This document shows positions 9,524-19,759 of a DNA stretch of 64,000 nucleotides, piece by piece. A program made the translations under genes and the position numbers. The stretch spans positions 1,664,001 through 1,728,000 of the forward strand of contig CBDAOI010000004.1 in the NCBI GenBank assembly GCA_965198005.1. The letters run 5' to 3'. A model generated the notes under the pieces. The model was not told the DNA's origin, searched no databases, and saw nothing but the letters and a program-made list of their open reading frames with translations. Numbering within the stretch: the stretch's first letter is position 1; every line of letters starts with the position of its first letter. This DNA comes from Spirochaetia bacterium. Its GTDB lineage: Bacteria > Spirochaetota > Spirochaetia > SZUA-6 > Bin103.

Positions 9524-10385
9524 CTCGAACGACCGCGGACCACCGCGGCCGCCGGCGCTGCGTCCCCCGCCCGGCGCCTGCGATACCCACGTGCACTTCT
9601 ACGACGCGCGCTACCCGGAGGCGCCGACCTCCCGCTTCTACCCCCCGGACGCCGGCGTGGAAGAGTATCGCCGGCTGCAGGCACGGCTCGGGCTGGAGCG
9701 GGTGGTGACCGTGCAGCCGTCGACCTACGGCACCGACAACTCCTGCCAACTCGCCTGCCGCCGCGCGTTCGGCGACGCCGCCCGCCTGGTGGTGGTGGTG
9801 GACGCGGCGGTCACCGGCGCCGAGCTGGAAACCTGGACCCGGCGCGGCGCGCGCGGCGCCCGGTTCTACATGCTGCGCGGCGCGCCGCTGTCCTGGGAGC
9901 AACTGGAGCCCGTGGCCGCGCGTGTGCACGAGTTCGGCTGGCACATCCAACTGCAGACCGATGGCCGCGAGCTGGCCGACCTCAAGCCGCGGCTCGCGGC
10001 CCTGCCGGGCGACCTGGTGATCGACCATATCGGTCGCTTTATGGAGCCCGTGGGCGTCGCTCACCCGAGCTTCCGGGCGCTGCGGGAACTGGTCGAACGC
10101 GGGCGCTGCTGGGTCAAGCTGTCGGCCCCGTACGAGTCGTCGCGGCGCGCTCCGCCATTCGACGACCTGCGGGAGATGGCGCGGACGCTGGTCCGGACCG
10201 CGCCGGAGCGTATGCTGTGGGCGACCAACTGGCCGCACCCCAACCACCACGGCCAATACGACGACGCCGCCCTGCTCGATCTGCTGCTGGACTGGACCGA
10301 CGACGCCGCCACCCGCCGGCGCATTCTGGTCGACAACCCGGCCCGGCTCTACGGGTTCGCTGCCAGCCCGACCAGCTCCGACTAG
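9516..10385 (+). CDS. Amidohydrolase family 2 (2-pyrone-4,6-dicarboxylate/sugar-lactone lactonase-like)
   Basis: PPGACDTHVHFY, VQPSTYGTDNS, VIDHIGR, WVKLSAPY, WATNWPHP, ILVDNPARLYGF. Confidence 0.9.
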   Translation: MSDSNDRGPPRPPALRPPPGACDTHVHFYDARYPEAPTSRFYPPDAGVEEYRRLQARLGLERVVTVQPSTYGTDNSCQLACRRAFGDAARLVVVVDAAVTGAELETWTRRGARGARFYMLRGAPLSWEQLEPVAARVHEFGWHIQLQTDGRELADLKPRLAALPGDLVIDHIGRFMEPVGVAHPSFRALRELVERGRCWVKLSAPYESSRRAPPFDDLREMARTLVRTAPERMLWATNWPHPNHHGQYDDAALLDLLLDWTDDAATRRRILVDNPARLYGFAASPTSSD

Positions 10386-10589
10386 CTGGCGGACGATTGT
10401 CGATCAGGCGCGGGGCCCGTAAGATCGGCGCGACTACAGGCCGCCTGCGGAGCCGCGTCTCAGCTTGGCGCACCACTCGCCGGACCGGTTCGACCTTGCC
10501 GAGCGCCGCCGCAACGCCATGGCGTACGTCAACGAAATCGGCCGGCGCGCCGCCGACGGCCGCATCGCCTGCGCCTTGGACGCGTCGCC

Positions 10590-10780
10590 GCCGACGGCAG
10601 CGAGTACGTGCCCGGCTTCACGGTGTCGGCGGTGGTCGACACCACGGGCGCCAGCGACGCCTTCGACGCCGCGCTGGCCGTCGGGCCGGCCGAGGGCCGC
10701 CCCCTCCCCAAGGCCGCCCGTTTCGCCAACGCCGTAGCGGTGCTATGCTGCACCGCGCTCGCTACCCTGCCGGCCCTACC
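10590..10780 (+). pseudogene. C-terminal fragment of a PfkB/ribokinase gene
   Basis: VPGFTVSAVVDTTGASDAFDAALAVG..EGRPL..AARFANAVA (degenerate DTTGAGDAF motif). Confidence 0.7.
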
Positions 10781-11000
10781 GTCGGCGGGCGGAGGTGGAC
10801 GCATTCGCAGCATCCGGAGCCGGTGTTGCCTGATTGCGCTACAATAGGTGGTTCCCAATCGCGCGTTACGACGATAAGATGTGTATTGGCATGTACCTGA
10901 GTTACGTGGCACCGGATGGCGGGCTGTGCACGCATGCTGCTTCTTGCGTATCCCACGGAATCCTCGCTATACCGCGAATTGAGACTGACGGAGAACCTGA

Positions 11001-11870
11001 TTGACTTTCCATTTGCAAGCCATTTGTAGCGGTCGCTCGGGATTCGAGCGGCTTAGCCAACTCGCCAAGTCGACCGAGCATCTTTTCGCCGACCATCTTG
11101 AACTCAACATTTCGCAAGTAAGCTCGTTCGACGGCAACATGGCCGCTCCGCTGGGAGTTGTACTGGCGCATGTTACGGATGACTTCAACTTTGTTGAGAT
11201 TGTTGCCATCCCCTCAGGTATCAAGCGAGTACTCCGAAAGAACCGATTTCTTACGCACTTTCGCTATAGTCCGATGGATGACATTCATGGTACTACGATG
11301 CCCTATCGTCGCCTTCGACTGACTGATGAAGGAGCATTCGAGGACTACATCCAACTGCAACTCAAAGATAAGGCCATTCCCGAGATGTCCGCAAAAGCGA
11401 GCCAAAGATTCAAGCAGAAGGTATTTGAAGTATACCAAAATGCTGTTTCTCACTCGGAATCTGACGTTGGCGTGTTCGTTTGCGGCCACATGTTCCCGCG
11501 CGAAAATCGTCTCGACTTTACCATCGCTGATGGCGGTATGGGTATTCGTGATGCTGTGCGTGGTTACTTCAAAACTGATAGAATCAGTTCGATTGCAGCA
11601 CTAAAATGGGCTCTGGAGCAGAATCACACCACAAAACGTGGTAGTCATCCTGGTGGCCTTGGTCTTGGGTTTCTTCGAGCATTTTCCGCTCTGAACGAAG
11701 GAAAGATTCGGATTGTCTCGCGGTTCGCGTTTTATGAATTTGACTGTGGACAAGAAGCATTCCACAAAATGCAGTATGACTTCCCCGGAACCGCCGTAAC
11801 GGTTCAGATCAACACTGCCGATACAGGGAAGTATATTCTACCCGCAGAGATCACTACGGAGGAACCATGA
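11001..11870 (+). CDS. GHKL/histidine-kinase-like ATPase (anti-sigma-factor kinase-like) with N-terminal extension
   Basis: N-box EVYQNAVSHS, G1 FTIADGGMGI, G2 GGLGL, G3 PGTAV; no H-box or TM segments; lower GC than flanks. Confidence 0.85.
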   Translation: MTFHLQAICSGRSGFERLSQLAKSTEHLFADHLELNISQVSSFDGNMAAPLGVVLAHVTDDFNFVEIVAIPSGIKRVLRKNRFLTHFRYSPMDDIHGTTMPYRRLRLTDEGAFEDYIQLQLKDKAIPEMSAKASQRFKQKVFEVYQNAVSHSESDVGVFVCGHMFPRENRLDFTIADGGMGIRDAVRGYFKTDRISSIAALKWALEQNHTTKRGSHPGGLGLGFLRAFSALNEGKIRIVSRFAFYEFDCGQEAFHKMQYDFPGTAVTVQINTADTGKYILPAEITTEEP

Positions 11871-12235
11871 CCGAACCGATTCTCGTGCGAGTGTACGACA
11901 TCGTAGGGGGCCCGCTCGGCGTGTCAACCGAGGATGGTCAGCGCTTGCATGACAAGATTGCGCCACTCCTCAAGGCCGGTACGCCGGTCGTTCTTTCATT
12001 CGAACGCATCGAGACGATGATATCGGCATTTCTCAACGCAGCCGTTGGGCAACTCTACGGTGAGTTGTCTGAAGATAGTGTCGATCACCTGCTGTCTGTC
12101 AGCGATATGGCTCTCGACGATAGCCACGTGTACCAACACGTTGTCACGAACGCGAAGGCTTACTTCAAAGACCCTGGCAAGTTTGAAAGGGCATGGAGAG
12201 AAGAATTGGGCTCCGAAATGGATGATGAAGAATAA
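11867..12235 (+). CDS. STAS-like domain protein (DUF4325-type)
   Basis: 122 aa; VSTEDGQRLHDKI...VVLSFERIETMISAFLNAAVGQL; ATGA overlap with the upstream ATPase. Confidence 0.8.
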   Translation: MTEPILVRVYDIVGGPLGVSTEDGQRLHDKIAPLLKAGTPVVLSFERIETMISAFLNAAVGQLYGELSEDSVDHLLSVSDMALDDSHVYQHVVTNAKAYFKDPGKFERAWREELGSEMDDEE

Positions 12236-12776
12236 AGCACACAACTTGTCTGGGTATTCATTCCAAAGGGGCGAGTCGTTGCTGTTCGACACTAACGTGT
12301 GGCTCTATCTCTATCCCGCACCGGCGGCGAGCGTCTATCGGCATGCAGCAAGGTACAGCAGCGGGTTAAAATCAATGCTTCAGGCAGGCGCGCAGATGGT
12401 TGTCGACGCAGTCGTGCTTAGTGAGTACTTGAATCGTTATTGTCGTATCGAGTGGAGCGCAAACCATAGGGCAATGTATCGAGACTTCAAGGCATTCCGT
12501 ATGTCAGCTGATTTCGCGCCGGCTGGGCAAGCAGCGGCTGCCTATGCAAATCAGATACTAAAGCTTGGCAAGCGTTACGATCACCCGTTTTCGCTAATCG
12601 ATCTCATGCGAATACTGACCGATTTCGAATCTGGATTGTGCGATTTCAACGATGGTTTGCTAGTGGAGACCTGCCGCCATCATGGATGGAAAATCGTGAC
12701 GAACGATTCTGATTTTGTCTCTGGGGGTATCGAAGTCTTGACCACGAACCCCAAGCTCTTGAAAGCGTGTCCATAG
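12222..12776 (+). CDS. PIN-domain ribonuclease
   Basis: LLFDTNVWL, VLSEYLN, DFNDGLL, IVTNDSDF give the complete acidic PIN active-site pattern; start overlaps the STAS gene end. Confidence 0.85.
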   Translation: MMKNKAHNLSGYSFQRGESLLFDTNVWLYLYPAPAASVYRHAARYSSGLKSMLQAGAQMVVDAVVLSEYLNRYCRIEWSANHRAMYRDFKAFRMSADFAPAGQAAAAYANQILKLGKRYDHPFSLIDLMRILTDFESGLCDFNDGLLVETCRHHGWKIVTNDSDFVSGGIEVLTTNPKLLKACP

Positions 12777-12897
12777 ACCGTATGGGTATGCGGAGAAGTG
12801 ACGCGGAGAGATCTGAGGGGAAGCAGGCTCTCCGGTTGGTGTACGACACGCCGCTGCCGCCGACCCGCTCGCCACGGTGGCTGCGGCCGCCGGCAGC

Positions 12898-14112
12898 TCA
12901 GTCGGTGGGCAACGCCGCGCCGTACAGAAAGTCGACCAGGTTGATATGCCGAATGCCGTCGAGGGGTCCCGGCGCGACGGGGTCCAGCGAGAGCATCACC
13001 TTGGCGTGGGCGTCGCCGGTGCCGAGCAGGGCGGACTTCTCCCGCTCGAGTGTCTCCGGGGACTCGATCAGATAACTCACCTGCACGTACACGCGGCCCT
13101 GCGCGCCTTCGGCGACGAAGTCGACCTCGTGGGCGCCGGCAACCCCCACCGCGACCCGGTAACCCCGGCGCAGCAACTCGTGGAACACCAGATTCTCCAG
13201 GTCGCCGGCAATCCACCGTTCCTGCGTGCCCAGCAACCCATGACGCAGGCCGAGGTCGCCCAGGTAGTACTTGCTGCCGATCTGCAGATGGCGCCTGCCG
13301 CGCAGGTCGAACCGGTCGACTTTGTCCAGCACGAACGCTTCGCACAGATACGAGAGGTAGTTGAGGACCGTATCGGCCGTGCCGCGTCGCTGATGGGACC
13401 GCATGAAGTCGGAGATTCTCTTGCCCGACGTGAGATTGCCGACGTTGTCCATCGCGAAGCGGACGATCGACTCGAACGTGTCCGGATCGCGAATGGATCG
13501 CCGCTGCACGACGTCCCGCAGCGCGATCGTGCTGTAGACGTCGCCCAGCATCTGCCGCACGAGGTCCGGAGAAAGGTCGGTGTGGAGCAGCCCCGGCAGG
13601 CCGCCCAACGTTCGGTAGCGCGCGAACAGCTCGGCTCTCGACGGCTTCCCCGGTTGGGTCGCCGCGAAGAGGTCCGCGAACTCGCGCAGCGAAAGCGGCA
13701 GCACGCGAAGCGTGAGGTAGCGCCCGGCAAGCCGCGTGGCCAGCTCCCCGGCGAGCAGCGTCGAGTTCGAGCCGGAGACCACGACGCGGGTCTCGTTGCG
13801 GTTCTGGAGCGAGGCCACCGCACGTTCCCAGTCGTCAATCTGTTGGATCTCGTCGACGATGACACAGGTCGGGCCGCCGGCCCCCTCCCGCCGTACATGG
13901 GCCACGAGATCTCCCGCTCCGCGGATGAATTCGAAGGAGAGATCCTCCATGTCGACGTACACGACGCGGGTTCGACTACGCAGACGCGCGGCGAGTTGGC
14001 GCAGGAGCACGCTCTTGCCGACGCGCCGAAGGCCGACCACCGCTACGGCCACCGGCGCCTCTACGTACCGCGCCAGTTTGTCCAGGTAGAGAGCACGTTC
14101 GATCTCGAACAT
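12898..14112 (-). CDS. ATP-binding protein, AAA_14 + DUF4143 family
   Basis: GLRRVGKS, VDEIQ, SGSNS, LAGRY, GGLPG, KYYLGDLGLR, LENLVFHELLRRG, EVDFVA. Confidence 0.92.
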   Translation of the reverse strand: MFEIERALYLDKLARYVEAPVAVAVVGLRRVGKSVLLRQLAARLRSRTRVVYVDMEDLSFEFIRGAGDLVAHVRREGAGGPTCVIVDEIQQIDDWERAVASLQNRNETRVVVSGSNSTLLAGELATRLAGRYLTLRVLPLSLREFADLFAATQPGKPSRAELFARYRTLGGLPGLLHTDLSPDLVRQMLGDVYSTIALRDVVQRRSIRDPDTFESIVRFAMDNVGNLTSGKRISDFMRSHQRRGTADTVLNYLSYLCEAFVLDKVDRFDLRGRRHLQIGSKYYLGDLGLRHGLLGTQERWIAGDLENLVFHELLRRGYRVAVGVAGAHEVDFVAEGAQGRVYVQVSYLIESPETLEREKSALLGTGDAHAKVMLSLDPVAPGPLDGIRHINLVDFLYGAALPTD

Positions 14113-14198
14113 GTTCCAATTATAGGGCGCGCGGCATAGGCGCGGCACGCGGTGGCCGTCGGATTGCCGCACGCGGCCGGGAACGGATAGAGTGAGGC

Positions 14199-15248
14199 AT
14201 GGCTAACACAGACCGTATCCGCGTCGGGCTGGTCGGCGCCGGCGGCATCACCCTGTTCCGCCACATTCCGGGATTGCAGAAGATCGACGGGGTGACGATC
14301 GCAAGCATCTGCAACCGCAGCCGCGCGTCGTCGGAGAAGGTCGCGCGGGAGCATGGCATCGAACGAATCTACGACGACTGGCGTGAGCTGGTGAACGCCG
14401 ACGACACCGACGCGATCTTCGTCGGGACCTGGCCCTATCTCCACTGCCCGGCCACGCTGGCCGCGCTGGAGGCGGGCAAGCACGTATTCACCCAGGCGCG
14501 GATGGCGATGAACGCCACCGAGGCGCGCACCATGCTGGCCGCCGCGCGCCGCAACCCGCACCTGGTGACCCAGATCTGTCCGGCGCCGCACACCCTGGCG
14601 GTGGACCGTACCGTGCGCCGGCTGATCGTCGAGGGCTACCTCGGCGACGTGCTGGCTCTGGAGATCTGCGACACGGGCGCGTTCATCGACCGCGACGCGC
14701 CGCTGCACTGGCGGAACGACGAGTCGTTGAGCGGGCTCAACGTCATGAGCATGGGCATGCTCTACGAGACCATCCTCAAGTGGGTCGGCCCGGCCACGCG
14801 GATCTCGGCCCTGGCGAGCACCTTCGTCAAGGCGCGCCGGGTCGACCACGGCACCCTGCGGGCCACCACCATCCCCGACCACCTGGTCGTGCTCGGCGAG
14901 CTGGCCTGCGGCGCGCAGCTCACCTTGCAGACCTCGTCGGTGATGGGCCACGGCTGGAGCGGTGTAACCGTGTACGGCAGCGAGGCGACGCTGCGCTACA
15001 AGCTGTTCGACGACAAGCTGTACGCGGCCCGGCGCGGCGACGAGGGCGGCGACCCGTTCCGCCCGATAGACATCCCCACCGGCGAGTTCGGCCCCTGGCG
15101 CGCCGAGGAGGAGTTCGTGAGCGCCATCCGCGGCCAGGAGTCGGTGACCCACGTCAACTTCGTCGACGGCGTCCGCTACATGGAGTTCTCCGACGCGGTG
15201 CACCGCAGCCTGCGCGAGCAACGCACGGTAGCGGTCCCGTTCCAGTAG
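14199..15248 (+). CDS. Gfo/Idh/MocA family oxidoreductase
   Basis: IRVGLVGAGG...HIPG...ALEAGKHVF. Confidence 0.9.
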   Translation: MANTDRIRVGLVGAGGITLFRHIPGLQKIDGVTIASICNRSRASSEKVAREHGIERIYDDWRELVNADDTDAIFVGTWPYLHCPATLAALEAGKHVFTQARMAMNATEARTMLAAARRNPHLVTQICPAPHTLAVDRTVRRLIVEGYLGDVLALEICDTGAFIDRDAPLHWRNDESLSGLNVMSMGMLYETILKWVGPATRISALASTFVKARRVDHGTLRATTIPDHLVVLGELACGAQLTLQTSSVMGHGWSGVTVYGSEATLRYKLFDDKLYAARRGDEGGDPFRPIDIPTGEFGPWRAEEEFVSAIRGQESVTHVNFVDGVRYMEFSDAVHRSLREQRTVAVPFQ

Positions 15249-15626
15249 CCCTGGGTGGCGAGGTTCGCCGAGCGTGATCCGCCACGAGCCGGGCGCCTGG
15301 GGTTGGGGTGACCGGGGGTGACCACCGAGTCGTTTGACAGGGTGGCCGCGTCCATGCTAGCGTGCCTCGCCTTGGGGTTTGACGGATCGGTGATGAAGCG
15401 CCATGATGACAGTCAGCGCGGTGACCGGTTGGCGGTGACGCAGGGTATCGCGCGTTGCCTATACTCACACCCCAATGGGGTCACACCGGCCATGGTGTCG
15501 CCCCGGGCGGCCGGTGCTTGCAGTCGTACAAGGAGGAGCCGCACCCGGATGTAGAGCCTGACCGTATACGGATAGAGCGGGATCAAGCCCGAGCGGCCCC
15601 GCGCCGACTCGGCAACTCCAGCCTGC

Positions 15627-15708
15627 CGCCCTTCGCTTTCGGGTCGCCTGCAATGCAGCCAGACCTCGGGAGTAGGCGAAGGACCGGCAGTGGCCTCAGT
15701 ACTCCCGA
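15627..15708 (+). promoter_or_regulatory. Conserved leader hairpin upstream of SBP gene (second copy)
   Basis: cgcccttcgctttc ... tcgggagta-ggcgaaggaccggcagtggcctcag-tactcccga, followed by RBS aggag. Confidence 0.55.
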
Positions 15709-15727
15709 ACAATAGGAGACCTACATC

Positions 15728-17542
15728 ATGAGTAGCGGAATGACCAAAACGTGCCTCGCGGTGCTGTTCGGTCTCGCCTTGGCCGTGACCGGCCTCTGGG
15801 CGGCTGCCGCCGAAGAGGAGCCGGCCGCGGCGATGGAGAAGGAGATGGTGCTCGACCCCACCACCGGAGAGATGGTGAGCGCGCCGGAGTACGGCGGGAC
15901 CATCACCAGTCTGTTCCATCCCGGCTGGCAGACCGAGCATGCCGACATGTGGCACTACCGCAGTGTCATCCACCCCACCAAGATCGTCTTGGAGAGAATG
16001 GGTGGCGGTGACTGGGGACTGCCCAGAGACGAATTCGCCTTCGCCGGTGCCATCCCGAATCTACCTCAATACACCGGCAAGCTGGCCGAGAGCTGGGAAC
16101 AGCCCGACGCCACGACGATTGTTCTCAACATCCGCAAGGGGGTGAAGTGGCACGACAAGGAACCGATGAACGGCCGCGAGCTGGTCGCCGACGACGTCGT
16201 GTTCAACTTCAGTCGCAATCTGGGGCTGGGCGAGTTTGCCGCGGATGGACCGAGCCCGGTGATCAGCGTGCTGGGGACGCTGCCGGTCGAATCGATCACG
16301 GCAACCGACAGCCATACGGTCGTGATCACGTTGCAGCAACCGATGCTCGCCGCGCTGTACCACATCATCGCCGACATCTACGGCAATCAGTACCCGCCCG
16401 AAGTGATCAGGCAGGACGGCGACGCCAAGGATTGGAACAAGCTGGTAGGCACCGGGCCGTTCATGTTGACCGACAGGGTGGAAGACGTTGCCCTGACCTA
16501 TACCAAGAACCCGGACTATTGGGGCTTTGACGAGAAGTTTCCGGACAACCGCCTGCCCTATGTCGACGAGTTCAGGGGCGTGATCATGCCGGACGAATCG
16601 ACGCGCCTGGCGGCGCTGCGCTCGGGCCAGCTCGACGTGCTGGGTGGTCCCGCCGCGTATGCGCTCTCACCCGGCCCCTCGACCGAGGGCCTGGCGCGCA
16701 CCAACGCGGAGCTCAAACAGTTTGCGTACCAGAATCGCAGCCAGAATTCCGCCGCCTTCAACCTGAAAGCGCCGCCCTTCGACGACGTTCGGGTGCGTAG
16801 GGCGATCCAGATGGCCCTCGACCTGGAGACGGTAGCGGCCACCTACTTCAAGGGCTATGCAGATCCCACACCTCGCGGCGTGGTCGGCATCGCCAACACC
16901 GGGTACGCGTTCCCGGTTGCGGAGTGGTCCGACGAACTCAAGGGTTACTACAGCTATGACCCGGCAGGAGCAGAGGCGCTCCTCGATGAGGCGGGATATC
17001 CGCGCGGCGCCGACGGCGTCAGATTCCAGACCATATTCAACGCCCATCCCAGCCCAGCGGCAACCGATCAGGGCTTTGTCGCGATAATGATCCAGTTTTG
17101 GGATGCGATCGGCGTCGACGTGGACCTCTTGGTCGCGGATGGCGCGGCCTTCGGCCCGATGATCCAGAATGCCGACTACGAAGGGATACTCTGGTTCATT
17201 ACCGGCTGGAACAGGCCGCTTCCGGTGACCACCATCGGCTGGCAGGCCACGGGTGCGTACAACAACGCCACCGGACACAGCGTGGAGGAGTATGACGCGA
17301 TGATCGCCGCCGTGGGCGCGGCGACGACGGTCGAGGAGGAACGGCAGTTGATCCTGGAGGCGGATCGGTACCTGATCGAGAATCACCTGTACCTGTGGGG
17401 TCCGATCATGCCGCAGGTTGCGGTGACGCAGCCGTGGATCGTCGGCTACAACGGCGAAAACAATCTGGGCGACGTCGACAGCTACACGATCTTTGCTCGC
17501 CTGTGGATCGACCACCAGATGAAGGAGTCGATGGGGCACTAG
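15728..17542 (+). CDS. ABC transporter substrate-binding protein, family 5
   Basis: Signal peptide, PEYGGT, LAESWE, GTGPF, KNPDYW, PFDDVRVRRA. Confidence 0.95.
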   Translation: MSSGMTKTCLAVLFGLALAVTGLWAAAAEEEPAAAMEKEMVLDPTTGEMVSAPEYGGTITSLFHPGWQTEHADMWHYRSVIHPTKIVLERMGGGDWGLPRDEFAFAGAIPNLPQYTGKLAESWEQPDATTIVLNIRKGVKWHDKEPMNGRELVADDVVFNFSRNLGLGEFAADGPSPVISVLGTLPVESITATDSHTVVITLQQPMLAALYHIIADIYGNQYPPEVIRQDGDAKDWNKLVGTGPFMLTDRVEDVALTYTKNPDYWGFDEKFPDNRLPYVDEFRGVIMPDESTRLAALRSGQLDVLGGPAAYALSPGPSTEGLARTNAELKQFAYQNRSQNSAAFNLKAPPFDDVRVRRAIQMALDLETVAATYFKGYADPTPRGVVGIANTGYAFPVAEWSDELKGYYSYDPAGAEALLDEAGYPRGADGVRFQTIFNAHPSPAATDQGFVAIMIQFWDAIGVDVDLLVADGAAFGPMIQNADYEGILWFITGWNRPLPVTTIGWQATGAYNNATGHSVEEYDAMIAAVGAATTVEEERQLILEADRYLIENHLYLWGPIMPQVAVTQPWIVGYNGENNLGDVDSYTIFARLWIDHQMKESMGH

Positions 17543-17562
17543 TAGAGCTGCTTGAGATCCTG

Positions 17563-17600
17563 AGCCCACCCGCTCGGCACGCTCCGGGCGGGTGGGCTTT
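17563..17600 (+). terminator. Strong intercistronic hairpin (terminator or mRNA stabiliser) between SBP and permease
   Basis: agcccacccgctcgg / ccgggcgggtgggct followed by a short T run. Confidence 0.6.
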
Positions 17601-17611
17601 GCTGGCGTCAC

Positions 17612-18571
17612 ATGAGAGCGTACATCATCCGGCGGGTGCTGCTCGTCATCCCCACGCTGTTCATCCTGAGCGTCTTCGTCTTCCTCTCGGTGCGCTTCCT
17701 GCCCGGCGACGCGATCGACGTCATGCTGGACAAGGCCGGCTGGATCGGCGCGGCCAACGTGGACCGGGCGGCGCTCGAGCAGATGCTCGGACTGGACCTG
17801 CCCGCCTACGTGCAGTACGGACGCTGGATCGGCGGCATCGTGCTGCGCGGCACGCTGGGCGAGTCGCTGTGGGGCGGCGAGGCCATCGAGAGCAAGATCA
17901 TCGAGCGCCTGCCGGTGACGCTGGAGCTTGGCGTTCTGGCGATCGTGATCGGGGTGCTGATCGCCGTGCCGGTGGGCATCTATTCGGCGATGCGCCAGGA
18001 CACGGTCGGCGACTACGCCGGACGGACGATCGCCGTGATCGGCCTGGCCACGCCCAACTTCTGGCTCGGAGTGATGGTGATGCTGTACCCGGTGATCTGG
18101 TGGGGCTGGTCGCCATCGATCGAGTTGATCCGCTTCACCGACGACCCGCTGGGCAACCTGGGCATGTTCCTGGTGCCGAGCGCTATTCTCGGCACCGCGA
18201 TGGCGGCCAGCACCATGCGCATGACGCGCACCATGATGCTGGAGGTGCTGCGCCAGGATTACATCCGCACCGCCTGGGCCAAGGGGCTGAGCGAGCGGCT
18301 GGTCGTGGTCAGGCACGCCGTGAAGAACGCGTTCATTCCGGTGGTGACCCTGATCGGCCTGCAGCTCCCGATCCTGGTAGGCGGCTCGGTGATCATGGAG
18401 AACATCTTCGTCCTGCCGGGGTTGGGGCGGGTGCTGCTGACGGCCCTTACGGACCGCGACTATCCGGTCGTCATGGGAGTGAACCTGTCCTTCGGTGCGA
18501 TGGTGCTGGGGGTGAACCTGCTGATCGACCTGCTCTATCCCTACCTGGACCCGCGGGTCCGCTACCGCTAA
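17612..18571 (+). CDS. ABC transporter permease, DppB-like
   Basis: MRAYIIRR...EVLRQDYIRTAWAKGL...YLDPRVRY. Confidence 0.95.
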   Translation: MRAYIIRRVLLVIPTLFILSVFVFLSVRFLPGDAIDVMLDKAGWIGAANVDRAALEQMLGLDLPAYVQYGRWIGGIVLRGTLGESLWGGEAIESKIIERLPVTLELGVLAIVIGVLIAVPVGIYSAMRQDTVGDYAGRTIAVIGLATPNFWLGVMVMLYPVIWWGWSPSIELIRFTDDPLGNLGMFLVPSAILGTAMAASTMRMTRTMMLEVLRQDYIRTAWAKGLSERLVVVRHAVKNAFIPVVTLIGLQLPILVGGSVIMENIFVLPGLGRVLLTALTDRDYPVVMGVNLSFGAMVLGVNLLIDLLYPYLDPRVRYR

Positions 18572-18581
18572 CGGGGAGCGA

Positions 18582-19469
18582 GTGAACGTGAGGAACGCTC
18601 CGCCAGCACCACACCACTGGCTGGTCGATCTCCTGGTCAGGTTGGTCAAGACCAAGCCGCTCGGAACCGCGTGCGGGATGGTCGTGCTGGCACTGATTCT
18701 GGTCAGTGTGTTCGCCGACGTGCTGGCGCCCTATCCGTACGACGAGATTCGCCTGATGGAGATTCTGGAAGGGCCATCGGCGCGGCACCTGCTGGGCACC
18801 GACAACGTGGGGCGGGACTTCCTGAGCCGCATCATCCACGGGGCGCGGGTGTCGCTGCTGGTCGGTCTGGCCGCCACCAGCATCAGTGTCGTGGTGGCCG
18901 TGCTGGTGGGCGGCGTCACCGGATTCCTGGGTGGCAAGCTGGACCTGGTGGTGCAGCGGTTCGTCGATGCCTGGATCGCCTTTCCGGGATTGCTCTTGCT
19001 GCTCACCCTGATGTCGGTCTTGGGCCGCGGTGTGCTGCAGATCATCCTGGTGCTCGGCATCTCGGGCGGCATCGGCAGCGGCTCACGGGTCGTGAGAAGT
19101 GCCGTGATCGCCATCAAGGAGAACGTCTACTTCGAGGCGGGAGCGGCGATCGGCTCCTCCAAGTGGCGTACGCTGATCCGCCACGTGCTGCCCAACATCG
19201 CGCCGCCGGTCATCATCATCTTCAGCATCAGCGTCGGCGGCTACATCCTGAGCGCGGCATCGCTGAGCTTCCTCGGTTTCGGCCTGCCGCCCGACGTCCC
19301 CGACTGGGGCGGCATGCTGAGCCGCGAGGGGCGCCAGTACATGGAGGCGGCGCCGCGGCTGGCGCTCTGGCCGGGCCTGTGCCTGACGCTGGTGGTGTAC
19401 AGCCTGAACATGTTCGGCGATGCCCTGCGCGACCTGCTCGACCCGCGGCTCAGGGGCGGCGGACGGTGA
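18582..19469 (+). CDS. ABC transporter permease, DppC-like
   Basis: LLGTDNVGRDFLSRIIHGAR...GDALRDLLDPRLRGG. Confidence 0.95.
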   Translation: MNVRNAPPAPHHWLVDLLVRLVKTKPLGTACGMVVLALILVSVFADVLAPYPYDEIRLMEILEGPSARHLLGTDNVGRDFLSRIIHGARVSLLVGLAATSISVVVAVLVGGVTGFLGGKLDLVVQRFVDAWIAFPGLLLLLTLMSVLGRGVLQIILVLGISGGIGSGSRVVRSAVIAIKENVYFEAGAAIGSSKWRTLIRHVLPNIAPPVIIIFSISVGGYILSAASLSFLGFGLPPDVPDWGGMLSREGRQYMEAAPRLALWPGLCLTLVVYSLNMFGDALRDLLDPRLRGGGR

Positions 19470-19518
19470 GTACCGGGCTCTGAACAAGAAGTGACAGCGG
19501 GGCGGTCTCCGTGCGGCA

Positions 19519-19563
19519 GAGGCGGCGCCGCGGCTGGCGCTGTGGCCCGGCCTGTGCCTGACG
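19519..19563 (+). repeat. Short shard of the dppC 3' end
   Basis: gaggcggcgccgcggctggcgctgtggcccggcctgtgcctgacg repeats 19344-19388 with two mismatches. Confidence 0.8.
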
Positions 19564-19759
19564 GTCATCGGCTGGGGCATTTGCGGTCCGGACGCCGGCA
19601 AGGTATGATGGCTCCGCTATGGCAGGCCCGCATCCTTCCGGCAGGTCGGCGGTCGAACCCGTGACCGTCTCTCAAGAGAGGATCCACCGGGGGTCCTGGG
19701 CGTAGGCGACACCCGCGTATTGCCGAGCACACCGTCCGCGATTGGCAATCGGCACTGGC

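Noticed and set aside
16667-18655. 662-aa - strand ORF and similar long Arg/Ala/Gly-rich ORFs (e.g. 7332-8651, 12877-14139, 37437-38624, 60337-61560)
   Set aside because: Shadow ORFs typical of high-GC DNA overlapping well-supported genes.
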